From the NCBI GenBank assembly GCA_027021385.1, contig JALUUL010000008.1, forward strand, positions 87,469-151,468: a stretch of DNA of 64,000 nucleotides, given 5' to 3'. Origin of the DNA: Planctomycetota bacterium. GTDB taxonomy: Bacteria; Planctomycetota; UBA1135; GCA-002748355. Positions 19,739 to 29,110 of this stretch are shown here, piece after piece (the stretch's first letter is position 1; each line of letters opens with the position of its first letter). Position numbers and translations under genes: made by a program. The notes under the pieces were generated by a model. It was not told the origin of the DNA. It saw only the letters and a list, made by a program, of their open reading frames with translations, and searched no databases.

Positions 19739-20859
19739 AATCGATCGCCGTGCTCGCGTTCCTTCTTCTCCCCCCCCTCCTCCTCGGCGGTCCCCGTCCG
19801 CCACAGCAGACCGATCGCCTTCCCCGAACCCAGGGAGCAAGCTCCCTCGATCTTCCCCCGAAGCTCTGGAAGGAGGTCGAGACCCTCGCCGGCGACGCCG
19901 CAAACCGTCTGGCCGCATTGCAGGACCGGAGGGGCGCCTTCCGGCTCGAGCGGGCACGATTGCCGGCCCCGATCGCCGTGACCTCGCTCTGCACCCTCGC
20001 CCTCCTGGGAATGGGGGAAATCCCGGGAAGAACCCCGAAGGGTTCCCGGATCGAACTCGCTCTGCGTTACCTCCTCGACAACCAGATCCGGGACGGAGGC
20101 CCGAAGGACGGCTACTTCTCCGATCCCGCCGACAGGTACAGCAAAATGCACGGGCATGGGTTCGCGACCCTCGCCCTCACCCAGGCCCTCGGTCAAATCC
20201 CTGGAGGAGGGAGCCGCCTCGTCAGCTCCGCGGAACTCCGATCTTCGATCCGGGCCGCGATCCGGCTGATCCAACGCTCCCAGGACAAGAGCGGGGGTTG
20301 GACCTACGAGCCGATTCCCGTCGGGCACGAGGGCTCGATCACGATCTGCATGGTTCAGGCCCTGAGAGCCGCTCACAACATCGGTTTCGCGGTCGACGAT
20401 CAGGTTGTCCACCGCGCCATCCGCTACGTGGAGCAGAGCCAGAAACCCGACGGCAGCTTCCGTTACCAGCTTGGAAGCGATCGAAGTTCGGTCGCCCTGA
20501 CAGCCGCGGCCCTCGCGACCCTGGATGCCGGAGGTGGATACGACTCCCCATCCCTCGCCAAAGGCCTCGCCTACCTTTGCGCTCCCCGTCCTTCCTTCCT
20601 CCGACCCGGTCGGATCCCGGAAGGAGAAGGAAGGTTCCCCTTCTATGAACGGCTCTACGTCGGAGAAGCCCTCTTCTTCCACAAGAACCTCGATCGCTTT
20701 TCCCGATGGTACGAATCCCTCGTCGTAGATCTTTCCGCTACCCGGGACAGCCAACGGGGGAGCTGGCATTCGCCGCGTTACGGCGAGGCCTACGCGACGG
20801 CCATGAACCTCCTCGTCCTGGTTCTCCCGTTCCAGTACCTTCCGATCCACCAGCGCTAG
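19735..20859 (+). CDS. Secreted prenyltransferase/squalene-oxidase-repeat protein, copy 2 (start uncertain)
   Basis: QW-type repeats LQDRRGAF, QIRDGGPKDGYF, SQDKSGGWTYE, SQKPDGSFRYQ, and C-terminal LVLVLPFQYLPI parallel to copy 1 (LILAVPFRYLPI). The signal-like KSIAVLAFLLLPPLLLGG starts only at CTG 19735 (overlapping the stop as CTGA) or GTG 19750. The tracked ATG at 19612 lies inside the upstream gene. Confidence 0.7.
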   Translation: MKSIAVLAFLLLPPLLLGGPRPPQQTDRLPRTQGASSLDLPPKLWKEVETLAGDAANRLAALQDRRGAFRLERARLPAPIAVTSLCTLALLGMGEIPGRTPKGSRIELALRYLLDNQIRDGGPKDGYFSDPADRYSKMHGHGFATLALTQALGQIPGGGSRLVSSAELRSSIRAAIRLIQRSQDKSGGWTYEPIPVGHEGSITICMVQALRAAHNIGFAVDDQVVHRAIRYVEQSQKPDGSFRYQLGSDRSSVALTAAALATLDAGGGYDSPSLAKGLAYLCAPRPSFLRPGRIPEGEGRFPFYERLYVGEALFFHKNLDRFSRWYESLVVDLSATRDSQRGSWHSPRYGEAYATAMNLLVLVLPFQYLPIHQR

Positions 20860-20929
20860 CCGGCCACCCGCCGAAGGGCTCGGATCCACCAGGCGGCGCC
20901 CCGGACGGTCCCTCGTTCCTCGAGAGGAT

Positions 20930-22630
20930 TCATCGCAAATCACCGTCAGGGGTCCAGACGACCTCCCCATGGACGACCGTCGCGAGGACTCTCGTACCGA
21001 GGAGCGCCTGATCGGGCACCCTTTCGAGATCACGATCCACGATCGTGAAGTCGGCTTCGAATCCCGGAGCGAGACGACCCCTGACCCCTTCTTCGAAGGC
21101 CGCGGTGTGCGGCGTCCTGCAGAAACCGATCAAGGCCGTTTTCCGGTCCACCGCATGGGAGGGAGCGAAAGCCGGGGAATCTGGGGATTCCGGGGGACGC
21201 GTCGTCACCGCGGCGAAGACTCCGGCGAAAGGATCCACGGGTTCGACGGGAAAATCCGATCCGAAACATACCCGCCCTCCCCGTTCGAGGAGAGCGTGGA
21301 AGGCATAAGCACCCTCGAGGCGGCTCGGCCCGAGCCTCCGACCCGCCCATCGCAGATCCGAGGTCAGGTGGGTCGGTTGCATGGAGGCGAGGATCCCCGA
21401 ACGGGCCAGACGATCGAGATCCCCCACGGCGAGGACCTGGGCGTGTTCGATCCTGGGCCGCAGCCTCCGGATCCCCGTGGGTCCCAGGACCCGCTCGAGG
21501 ATGTCCAGGACCAGCCGGTTCGCCCGATCGCCGATGGCATGGATGCAGGGCTGGAAGCCGGCCCTGACGGCTTCGGTGACTCGTTTCTCCAACTCGGACG
21601 GAGACTCGAGAAGAAAGCCGCGGTACCCGGGTCGATCTTCATAGTCGGCGAGGAGGGCGGCGCTGCGTGAGCCCAGGGCTCCATCCGCGTAGAACTTGAC
21701 GGCTCTTCTTCGGATCCGGGAGCGGGGAGAATCCTCCTCGAGGGACGGATAGCCGGTATTCGAAGGAGCCGGGAGCATCCCGTAGACGCCGAGCTTCCAC
21801 TCGCCCTCGTCCTCCAGGCTCCGAAGGAGAGCGAACACTCGATCGGAGGTGCCCGCGTCATGGACGCGGGTCAAACCCTTCGAAAGACAGCGCCGCTGCG
21901 CGAGAAGGAGCCGCCTTCGAAGCGTCTCCCTGGAGGGCGCGGGGATGCGCTCCCGGACCCGGTTCATCGCGGAATCGAGCAACACCCCGGTCGGAACCCC
22001 TCCCCCCCCGCGAAGGATCTTCCCGCCGGGGGGATCCTTCGTGTCCTTCTTGATTCCCGCCGCCTCCAGGGCGGCCTGATTGACCAGGGCCGCATGCCCG
22101 TCGATCCGGACGAGAAAGACTGGGTGGTCCGGGACGAGGCGCGACAGGCGGCGGTGTTCGGGCATGATCGGCGGATCCCAGCGCGTCTGGTCCCATCCCC
22201 TCCCAAGGATCCACCGGCCCTTCGGGAGGCGGGAGGCCCGTTTCCGGACCCGATCGCACAGTTCCTCGAAGCTCCGGGTCTTCCGAAGATCCAGTTCTTC
22301 CAGGGAAGCCCCCAGGGAGGCCAGATGCCCGTGCGCGTCGGTGAATCCAGGAAAGAGGTGCGCACCGGGAAAGCGGAGGATCCGGGTCCCGGTTCCCCGA
22401 AACCGCAGGATTCCGACCCTGTCGGAAACCCCGAGGATCCTCCCCCCGAGGACCGCCAGGGCTTCGGGAGCCTCCTCGGTGCTCTTCTCGAGCGGATGGA
22501 CCCGCGAGACGACCAGGATCAGATCGGCGGCGGGAGGGGGAGAAGGAAGGATTTCCGGTCCTTCGACTCTTCCCGTACCGCAGCAGGACAAAAGCCCGCA
22601 AAGCAGAACCGAATTCCGGGGGAACCTCAT
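20930..22630 (-). CDS. Metal-dependent amidohydrolase (Amidohydro_3-like), lipoprotein-type signal
   Basis: Internal ATG at 22630 gives MRFPRNSVLLCGLLSCCG. FPGFTDAHGHL (HxH), VRIDGHAALVN, IEHAQV, FGSDFPVEP. The tracked N-terminal extension to 23248 overlaps the next gene and is R/P/G junk. Confidence 0.85.
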   Translation of the reverse strand: MRFPRNSVLLCGLLSCCGTGRVEGPEILPSPPPAADLILVVSRVHPLEKSTEEAPEALAVLGGRILGVSDRVGILRFRGTGTRILRFPGAHLFPGFTDAHGHLASLGASLEELDLRKTRSFEELCDRVRKRASRLPKGRWILGRGWDQTRWDPPIMPEHRRLSRLVPDHPVFLVRIDGHAALVNQAALEAAGIKKDTKDPPGGKILRGGGGVPTGVLLDSAMNRVRERIPAPSRETLRRRLLLAQRRCLSKGLTRVHDAGTSDRVFALLRSLEDEGEWKLGVYGMLPAPSNTGYPSLEEDSPRSRIRRRAVKFYADGALGSRSAALLADYEDRPGYRGFLLESPSELEKRVTEAVRAGFQPCIHAIGDRANRLVLDILERVLGPTGIRRLRPRIEHAQVLAVGDLDRLARSGILASMQPTHLTSDLRWAGRRLGPSRLEGAYAFHALLERGGRVCFGSDFPVEPVDPFAGVFAAVTTRPPESPDSPAFAPSHAVDRKTALIGFCRTPHTAAFEEGVRGRLAPGFEADFTIVDRDLERVPDQALLGTRVLATVVHGEVVWTPDGDLR

Positions 22631-22659
22631 GCCCCCATCATGCAGACCGGGGAACGGAA

Positions 22660-25600
22660 TCAAAAGCGCAGCGCCTGCCACCCTCCGTCGTAGATGTCTC
22701 CGGCCTCCTGCACGATCCACACCCAATGTCGGTTCCAGGTCTTGGGCCGGAAGGTTCCCTTCGCAGGAGGTTCGGGAAGCTTGGCCTGCAAGGCCGCGCG
22801 CACACCGGGAGCGGCGGGCCCACCGAGCGCCAGGACATGAGCGAGGACCGGAGGAATCTCCACGTCGCAGACCCAGACCCTCCTGCCGCCTGAAAGACGA
22901 TCCCCCGTCGGGTGTAGCCGGAAGACGAGGGGCATCGCCGGGCGTGGCACCTTGTAGGGCGGCGGGGTGTGGGGGTCCATCGGGACGATCAGGATCAGCC
23001 GCGCCCCCGGCAAGATCCCCCGAGCAGCGACCCGCAGGCGCAGGGGCGCTTCGTGCCGGAGCCCACGCGAGGCCTTCCCCCCTCCATCCCGGATCCAACC
23101 GTATTGGAGAAGACGCAAGGTCTTCAAGGAAGGCGGCTCGGGGACGGACAGCAGGGTGCCGCTGTAGACCCCTTCCCAGGCGAAGGCCGTGGGGTTCGAG
23201 CGGGGACCCGGCACCCAGTTCTTCCGCAGGCGAAGCACGGGTTCCCATAGAGGAAGCGGGCGCATCGGAAGCAACTCGATGCTCGTGACCTTCGAGGGAC
23301 GGCCCTTACCGGGCCTCCCCGTGGGGGAAGCGATCCTCCGTTCGCTCCCCAAGGGGGTTCCCTGCAGAACGAGGCGGTCCGCGGCCCCCTTCAAGCGAAG
23401 GAAGAGCCCGTTCCGGGAAATCCGGGCGCCGCCCGGTTCCCTTGCATACTGACCCGCCCCAGGATCGAACCAGTATCCTTCGACCCTCCCGCCCGTGAAC
23501 AGATGCGCTGCAAGCCCGAGGCTTCCTTCCCGGACCTGGGATTCGAGGAGGTCGGCGAGAGCGGCCGTGGACTTCCGGTTCCGGTTCGCCGTCGTTACCG
23601 TCCAGGCGAGCCCCACGGCTGGAGCGGTCCCTGAATCCCATTGCCGTACGAGGGCGTTCAGGTCCTCGACCTTGTCGCGTTCCCCCGGGGCGAAGTTGTG
23701 CGCGAAGACCAGGCGATTGAACTCCTCGATCGAGGGAAAGGAACCGGAATCCCCGAGCCCGGCCTCCCCCTTCGCGATCGGAGAGCTGGGAATCGAGGGT
23801 TCCAACCTCGCCTCCTTTCTCCCCGCGCCGCGCAGCCTGGGAGTCTTGAGAATCTGCGGGGATGCGAGTCCGAAGGCCGTGAGCCGGAGATTCGATCCGG
23901 TGGGAAGCGCATGGCATTGGACGCAGGATCTCCCCGCGGTCCTAGGATCCGCCCTTCCCGTCTTCGGATCCCGCATCGGGCGCTCATGAAAGAGCTTGAG
24001 ACCGCGGAGAGCGCCGCTTCCATCCTCCTTGCCCGGGATCCCGAGAGAGCCTCCGAACCGGCGGTCCGGCCTCTCTTCCGGGTTCGGGGGGAGCCTCAAG
24101 GAATTCACGAAGGTCTCGAAGGACTTCATGTCCCGGGGCGATAGCCCCCTGGGCCTGCCGGGACTCCCTAGGTTCGGCATCCCCATGAGACTCACGAACG
24201 CCGGATTGAAATCCTCGAAACCCGGGCGATCCCCACGCCAATGGAGAGGATAGGAAGTGAACCATTCCTGTCCCGGACCTTCCATTTCTCCGCGAACGAG
24301 TCCGAGCAGGCTCTGCGTCGTCTTTCGGCCCTTCACCGAAGGGTAGCCCTTGAGATTTCGGACCCGAACGTCCGTCACCCCGTCGATCAGGTTCCGGTCC
24401 AGGGGGGACGGGGGGGCTCCCGGGGATCCGCTGAGGTCCCAGGCCAGACCGTCCGTTCTCCCGTCCACATGGCAACTGGCGCAGGAGACGAAGCCATTCC
24501 CCGAAAGCGAGGCGTCATAGAGAAATCGCCTTCCCTTTCGGATGTAGGAAGGGGTCGGATTCGCTGAAAGGGGACGGACCGCGAGAACCTTCTCCCCCAC
24601 GGGGTCGGCCACGGCTAAGGAATTGTCGAGGCGGTTCAGAATATAGAGCCTGGCGCCTGGATCCCGGGGGATGCCGGGACGGGCCGGCTTGAAAACCAGT
24701 CCCCTCGGTCCGGCCATCGGATTCGGACTTCCCGGGTATCGAGGAACGGGGAAACCCCGCACCGTCCAGGAGGAAGGCCCGCCGGTCCCCGGAACGACGA
24801 CTCCGATCCGATCCCGGTTGAAGGCGGCCACGAAGACCTTCCGCACGGCCCCTCCCTTCTCCTCCAGGGCGAGGGCGAAGGGGTGTGCGAGGGAGTCGGC
24901 CTTCTTGACCGGGGCTCCCGTCGGATCGAGGTTCAGGTCCCGGGTCTCAACCTTCGGATTCCGTCCTCCGGGGGAGCGGATCCGGTGGAGAAGGCTGCGG
25001 ACGAAACCCGATTTCGCTGCGGCGACCTTGGCCTCCCCCACGAGGTCGTTTCTCGCTTCACAGGCCGTAACCCAGAGATCGCCGTTGGACGCGAAGGCCA
25101 TAGCCGTCTTCGTCGTTCCCAGGCCTCCGGTGACGACGGGAACGGGATTCGAGAAATCCAGGGACCAGAGATCCAGGTCGTGCGCCCAGCTGTGCCCTCC
25201 CGAGAACCCCAAAAGAAAGAGCCGGCCCCGATCGACGAGGATCCGGCGCGGTTTCGCAAGGGCCATGCTCGGTCTGTCGTAGCGATCGAGGCAGGGGATC
25301 TTCTCGGAAAACCCGGGGATCGCTGGAGCGAGGTCGGGAAGCTTCAACCACGCAAAGGCCGAACTGCCGTTCAGCGAAACGAACAGCGAAGCACCGTCGG
25401 GGGCGAAGGCGACGTCCATCGGTTCATCCCCGACCCAGGCGGTCTTCAGGAATACGAGCTTCATTCCTCCCTTTCCGTCCGGAACGAGACGAAGGAGACT
25501 GAGGGAATCCCCGAGCATGTTGGCGGTGACGACCAATCCCCCCCTCCTCACTCCGGTGACGGAGACCGGCTCCAATCCGACAGGAACCGCGGCGATCCTG

Positions 25601-25800
25601 AGGAATCGGCGGGGATCCCAGAGTTCGAGAAGGCTGGCCGGGGTGTTGCAGACCAGCAACCAGTCCTTGCCCCGAAAATCGATCAGGGCAAGGGGGGAGA
25701 CCTGAGGGCTCTCCTGATTGAAATAGCCGCCCCTGCCCTGTGCAGGCAGAAAGGATGCGAGAAAAAGGAGGAGAGAAAGCAAAGGTTTCGATCGACGCAT
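22660..25800 (-). CDS. Secreted beta-propeller protein fused to a di-haem cytochrome c peroxidase-like region (1046 aa)
   Basis: Signal MRRSKPLLSLLLFLASFLPAQG. N-terminal propeller-like repeats. Two CXXCH haem motifs: CASCH (24469-24483) and CVQCH (23911-23925). Confidence 0.75.
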   Translation of the reverse strand: MRRSKPLLSLLLFLASFLPAQGRGGYFNQESPQVSPLALIDFRGKDWLLVCNTPASLLELWDPRRFLRIAAVPVGLEPVSVTGVRRGGLVVTANMLGDSLSLLRLVPDGKGGMKLVFLKTAWVGDEPMDVAFAPDGASLFVSLNGSSAFAWLKLPDLAPAIPGFSEKIPCLDRYDRPSMALAKPRRILVDRGRLFLLGFSGGHSWAHDLDLWSLDFSNPVPVVTGGLGTTKTAMAFASNGDLWVTACEARNDLVGEAKVAAAKSGFVRSLLHRIRSPGGRNPKVETRDLNLDPTGAPVKKADSLAHPFALALEEKGGAVRKVFVAAFNRDRIGVVVPGTGGPSSWTVRGFPVPRYPGSPNPMAGPRGLVFKPARPGIPRDPGARLYILNRLDNSLAVADPVGEKVLAVRPLSANPTPSYIRKGRRFLYDASLSGNGFVSCASCHVDGRTDGLAWDLSGSPGAPPSPLDRNLIDGVTDVRVRNLKGYPSVKGRKTTQSLLGLVRGEMEGPGQEWFTSYPLHWRGDRPGFEDFNPAFVSLMGMPNLGSPGRPRGLSPRDMKSFETFVNSLRLPPNPEERPDRRFGGSLGIPGKEDGSGALRGLKLFHERPMRDPKTGRADPRTAGRSCVQCHALPTGSNLRLTAFGLASPQILKTPRLRGAGRKEARLEPSIPSSPIAKGEAGLGDSGSFPSIEEFNRLVFAHNFAPGERDKVEDLNALVRQWDSGTAPAVGLAWTVTTANRNRKSTAALADLLESQVREGSLGLAAHLFTGGRVEGYWFDPGAGQYAREPGGARISRNGLFLRLKGAADRLVLQGTPLGSERRIASPTGRPGKGRPSKVTSIELLPMRPLPLWEPVLRLRKNWVPGPRSNPTAFAWEGVYSGTLLSVPEPPSLKTLRLLQYGWIRDGGGKASRGLRHEAPLRLRVAARGILPGARLILIVPMDPHTPPPYKVPRPAMPLVFRLHPTGDRLSGGRRVWVCDVEIPPVLAHVLALGGPAAPGVRAALQAKLPEPPAKGTFRPKTWNRHWVWIVQEAGDIYDGGWQALRF

Positions 25801-25914
25801 GTTCCGTTCCCGGGAGGTGATCGTGCATTCTAACGGATCATGGATCCGTGGGTCCGATGAACCCGGGAGGCGGCGGCCGCCCGATCCGAAGGGAAATCGG
25901 GGCTTCGATCCGGT

Positions 25915-26868
25915 TCACCCGCTGCAGGGAACTTCCTGTTCAGGGGTCAGGATCATCCTGCGGATCTTCCCCGTCCGGGAGACGATCGTTCCCGGAAAGA
26001 CCAGGCATTCCTTCATCATCACCGGATTTTCGATCACGGCTCCGTCCATGACGACCGAACGGAGAACCTCCGCTCCCTCGGCGATCTTCACCCCATTTCC
26101 CAGGATCCTGTCCTTCCCGTGGGATTCCAGGAAATGGAGATTCAAATCGAGAAGGTCGCCCGGGAAGGAGAGATTGAGGTCCTCCTCGACGACCTCGGCG
26201 GCCTCGACCCTCCATCCATCGTCGATGAAGATCTGGATTGCGTCGGTAATCTCGTATTCATCCCGCATCGCGGTCCGGGGAGTCCGGCGCACGGCATCGA
26301 AGAAGGCGGTATCGAAGAGATAGAGTCCGCAGCCTTTCAGGTTCGTGCGCGGATGCCGAGGTTTTTCTACGACCCTGCGAACGGACCCGTCATCCGCTAG
26401 ATGAACGACGAAGTTGCGCATGATCGCGAGAGGATCCTCCTCCTTCTTCACGGCCAGGACCCCCGCGGTATCCCCCTTCGCCCCGTTCCCCATCTTCTCG
26501 ATCATCCGCCCCAGGTTCCGGGTCTCGAAGAAGATGTCGCCCAGGAAGAGGAGAAAGGGGCGGTCCACATGCCGTTCGAGCCTCCCGACGGCATGGGCGA
26601 TCCCCAGGGTCTCTTCCTGCTCGACGTATTTCAGGGAGACCCCATGGATGCTTCCGTCCCCCAGGTTCCGGACGATCTCGAAGCCGAGATGGCCGATGAC
26701 GATCAGGATTTCCCGGATCCCGAGTTCCCGCATCGCCTCGATCTGGTGAAGGAGAAGGGGTTTGCCACCGATCGGGAGAAGGGGTTTAGGCCAACTCTCC
26801 GAGAAGGGAAGCATCCGGGTCCCCTTCCCGGCGGCAAGGATGATTCCCAGTAGATCCTCGCCTTTCAC
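25915..26868 (-). CDS. Sugar-phosphate nucleotidyltransferase with C-terminal left-handed beta-helix
   Basis: GIILAAGKGTRMLPFS...KPLLPIGGKPLL (GxGTR motif). GIAHAV. C-terminal hexapeptide-like ILGNGVKIAEGAEVLRSVVMDGAVIE. GTG start. Confidence 0.85.
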   Translation of the reverse strand: MKGEDLLGIILAAGKGTRMLPFSESWPKPLLPIGGKPLLLHQIEAMRELGIREILIVIGHLGFEIVRNLGDGSIHGVSLKYVEQEETLGIAHAVGRLERHVDRPFLLFLGDIFFETRNLGRMIEKMGNGAKGDTAGVLAVKKEEDPLAIMRNFVVHLADDGSVRRVVEKPRHPRTNLKGCGLYLFDTAFFDAVRRTPRTAMRDEYEITDAIQIFIDDGWRVEAAEVVEEDLNLSFPGDLLDLNLHFLESHGKDRILGNGVKIAEGAEVLRSVVMDGAVIENPVMMKECLVFPGTIVSRTGKIRRMILTPEQEVPCSG

Positions 26869-26896
26869 GAACGCCCTCCCTCCCCGGATCTCCGTC

Positions 26897-29110
26897 TCAA
26901 CGGGACTGGTTCAGGAAGAGGCTGACGCGGTTCGTGAAGAGACTCGCGACAAGGACGTCGGCCAGACCGTCTCCATCGACGTCCCCCATGTCCGCGGAGA
27001 GGGACTTCATCGACCCCGGAATCCGGACGATATTAGGGAATCCGCCCTTCCCATCGCCGAGAAGCACGTGGAAATCCGCGCTGTCCGCGTTGGCCACGAG
27101 GAGGTCGGCCCACCCGTCTCGATTCAAATCCCTGGCGAGAAGCGCCGTCGGACCATCCCCTACCTTCAGGTTCGAAGGCCGGAACCCCGAACTGAACCCG
27201 AGCCACAGCGTGAGTTCCGTTCCTCCGAGATTGCTGACGACGAGGTCCTCGAATCCGTTTCCGTCGAAGTCGGCGTGCCGCAAGTAATTCGGCCGGTCTC
27301 CGGCGGCCAGGTCGGCGGCTTTCACGAAGCCGCCCTTTCCGTCTCCGGTGAAGACGGAAACGATTCCCATCTTGAACCTGGAAACGGCGAAATCGAGTTT
27401 TCCGTCCTTGTTGAAATCATGGACGACGAGGCTCAGAGGCCCTCCGGCGAGAGGAACAGGGGGATAGGGCGAGGAGAATCCGAAGCCCTTCCCGGACCCC
27501 TTCAGGAGATGGATCTTGTTCCCTCCATAGTCCGCAACGAGGAGATCGGGGACGGAATCGCCGTCCGCCTCGAGAGATACGACCTCGAAGGGTCCGATCC
27601 CGGCAGAGAACGGTTTCTGGTTGATCGGAGGGAAGACGTCGAAGGCCAGTTTTCCTCCCGAGTTCCGGTTCAGAAGAAAGCGAAGTCCCCCGGAAACCGC
27701 AACGACGACATCGGGACGGCCGTCCTTGTCGAAATCACCGCGACTCATCGAGCCCGCCATGGCGCCGACTTGGAAATCCAGGACCTTTTGGAGTCTCCCC
27801 TCACTCGAACCTAGAAGGATCGTGCAGGAGCCCGAGACCCGGTCTGAAACGATGGCATCGGCCCTTCCATCGACATCGAGATCCTCGACAAGAACGAAGC
27901 TAGGGTCGCGATGTCCAGTCGCGAAGTTTTCGGAAGCAATCAGCCGTCCGCTCTCGAGCCCCCGCATCCAGCTCAAGTGGGAAGCGTTCAGGCCGGAGGT
28001 GAGGATGTCGACATTCCCGTCGCGATCCAGGTCGACGAGGCGGGATTCAGTCGGAAGGCCGGTCGTGCCGAACTGTCGCTCCCTGGAGAAACGACCTCCT
28101 CCCAGCCCCTTGAGGACACCCACGGCTGCGCGATCCAGGTAGGAGACGACGAGGTCCGTGAGGCCGTCCTTGTCGAGATCCCCGGAGTTCACATGGAAAG
28201 GATCTCCGTCGAGCTTCAACTGGATCCCGGCGCCGAATCCGCCCTTCCCGTCCCCGGGGAACCAGGCGAGACTTTCCGCTCCGTAATTCCCGACGAGACA
28301 GTCCAGGTCCATGTCCCCGTCGAGGTCGTCGAAACGGATCGAAATCGGACCGCGGCCGAGGCTCGCCATGACCTTCTTCCCGGAGGAAACGAAGCCCGCC
28401 TTCGATCCCTTCCAGATATGGATCCGATCCTTCGGGGTGTCGGTCACCGCCAGATCGTTCCATCCATCGCCGTCGAGATCCCCGACGGCGATCCCTCCGA
28501 GATCGCTCCCGGCGCCCGCATCGAGGGGAGCCCAGGGGGAGAATCCTCCCACCGGGAGGGAGACGAAGATATGGACCTTCGCCCCGGCCGTCACGATCAG
28601 ATCGGCCCTCCCGTCACCGTCCACATCCGCCAAGGCCAGGTCGTTGGCCTTCCCGGGCAGGGAGATCGTCCTGGCCTCCTCCGTGAGTCCTCCGAGTCCG
28701 TTGTTCCGGAAGATCCGGATCCTTCCTGCATTCTCGAAGAGACAGGCGACATCCAGGTCGCCGTCCTTGTCTAGGTCACCGCTCCGCAAGGCTCCCGGCG
28801 TCTCCTTGTAGGTCTTCTGGAAACCGGCCTTCACCGAGAAGACCGCAGCCGGGCTGGCGACCATGTAGACGATCTTTTTATCGATCAGACTGGAGACGAA
28901 GATTTCCGGCGCCCCGTCACCGGTCAGATCCGCAGCCAGGAAGGAGCGGAGTCCCCGGCCGAAGGCGGAGATCTCTTGACGGGTCAGAAGGCTGACCTTC
29001 GTCAGGGAGACGGAGCCGGCTCCGCCGCCACCGCCGCCACCGCGCCGGCAGCCGGGCAGGAGAGGGAGGAAGAGGGCCGCAAGGAAGGCGGGACGCAAGA
29101 TCGTAGACAT
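26897..29110 (-). CDS. FG-GAP/VCBS-repeat lipoprotein (14 repeats)
   Basis: Signal plus lipobox-like LFLPLLPGC. Fourteen DxDxDG-type repeats, e.g. GDLDKDGDLDVAC, ADVDGDGRADLIV, GDLDGDGWNDLAV, VDLDRDGNVDILT, GDFDKDGRPDVVV, RDLNRDGWADLLV, GDVDGDGLADVLV. Confidence 0.85.
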   Translation of the reverse strand: MSTILRPAFLAALFLPLLPGCRRGGGGGGGAGSVSLTKVSLLTRQEISAFGRGLRSFLAADLTGDGAPEIFVSSLIDKKIVYMVASPAAVFSVKAGFQKTYKETPGALRSGDLDKDGDLDVACLFENAGRIRIFRNNGLGGLTEEARTISLPGKANDLALADVDGDGRADLIVTAGAKVHIFVSLPVGGFSPWAPLDAGAGSDLGGIAVGDLDGDGWNDLAVTDTPKDRIHIWKGSKAGFVSSGKKVMASLGRGPISIRFDDLDGDMDLDCLVGNYGAESLAWFPGDGKGGFGAGIQLKLDGDPFHVNSGDLDKDGLTDLVVSYLDRAAVGVLKGLGGGRFSRERQFGTTGLPTESRLVDLDRDGNVDILTSGLNASHLSWMRGLESGRLIASENFATGHRDPSFVLVEDLDVDGRADAIVSDRVSGSCTILLGSSEGRLQKVLDFQVGAMAGSMSRGDFDKDGRPDVVVAVSGGLRFLLNRNSGGKLAFDVFPPINQKPFSAGIGPFEVVSLEADGDSVPDLLVADYGGNKIHLLKGSGKGFGFSSPYPPVPLAGGPLSLVVHDFNKDGKLDFAVSRFKMGIVSVFTGDGKGGFVKAADLAAGDRPNYLRHADFDGNGFEDLVVSNLGGTELTLWLGFSSGFRPSNLKVGDGPTALLARDLNRDGWADLLVANADSADFHVLLGDGKGGFPNIVRIPGSMKSLSADMGDVDGDGLADVLVASLFTNRVSLFLNQSR

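Noticed and set aside
20860-20929. Expected bidirectional terminator between the convergent QW-toroid and amidohydrolase genes
   Set aside because: Only short (about 5 bp) complementary stretches with large loops were found. This is not convincing enough to annotate.
22631-23248. N-terminal extension of the amidohydrolase ORF (20930..23248), and ORF 22080..23288 (+)
   Set aside because: The extension overlaps the 3' end of the peroxidase-like gene and is R/P/G-rich. An internal ATG at 22630 gives a clean lipoprotein signal peptide.
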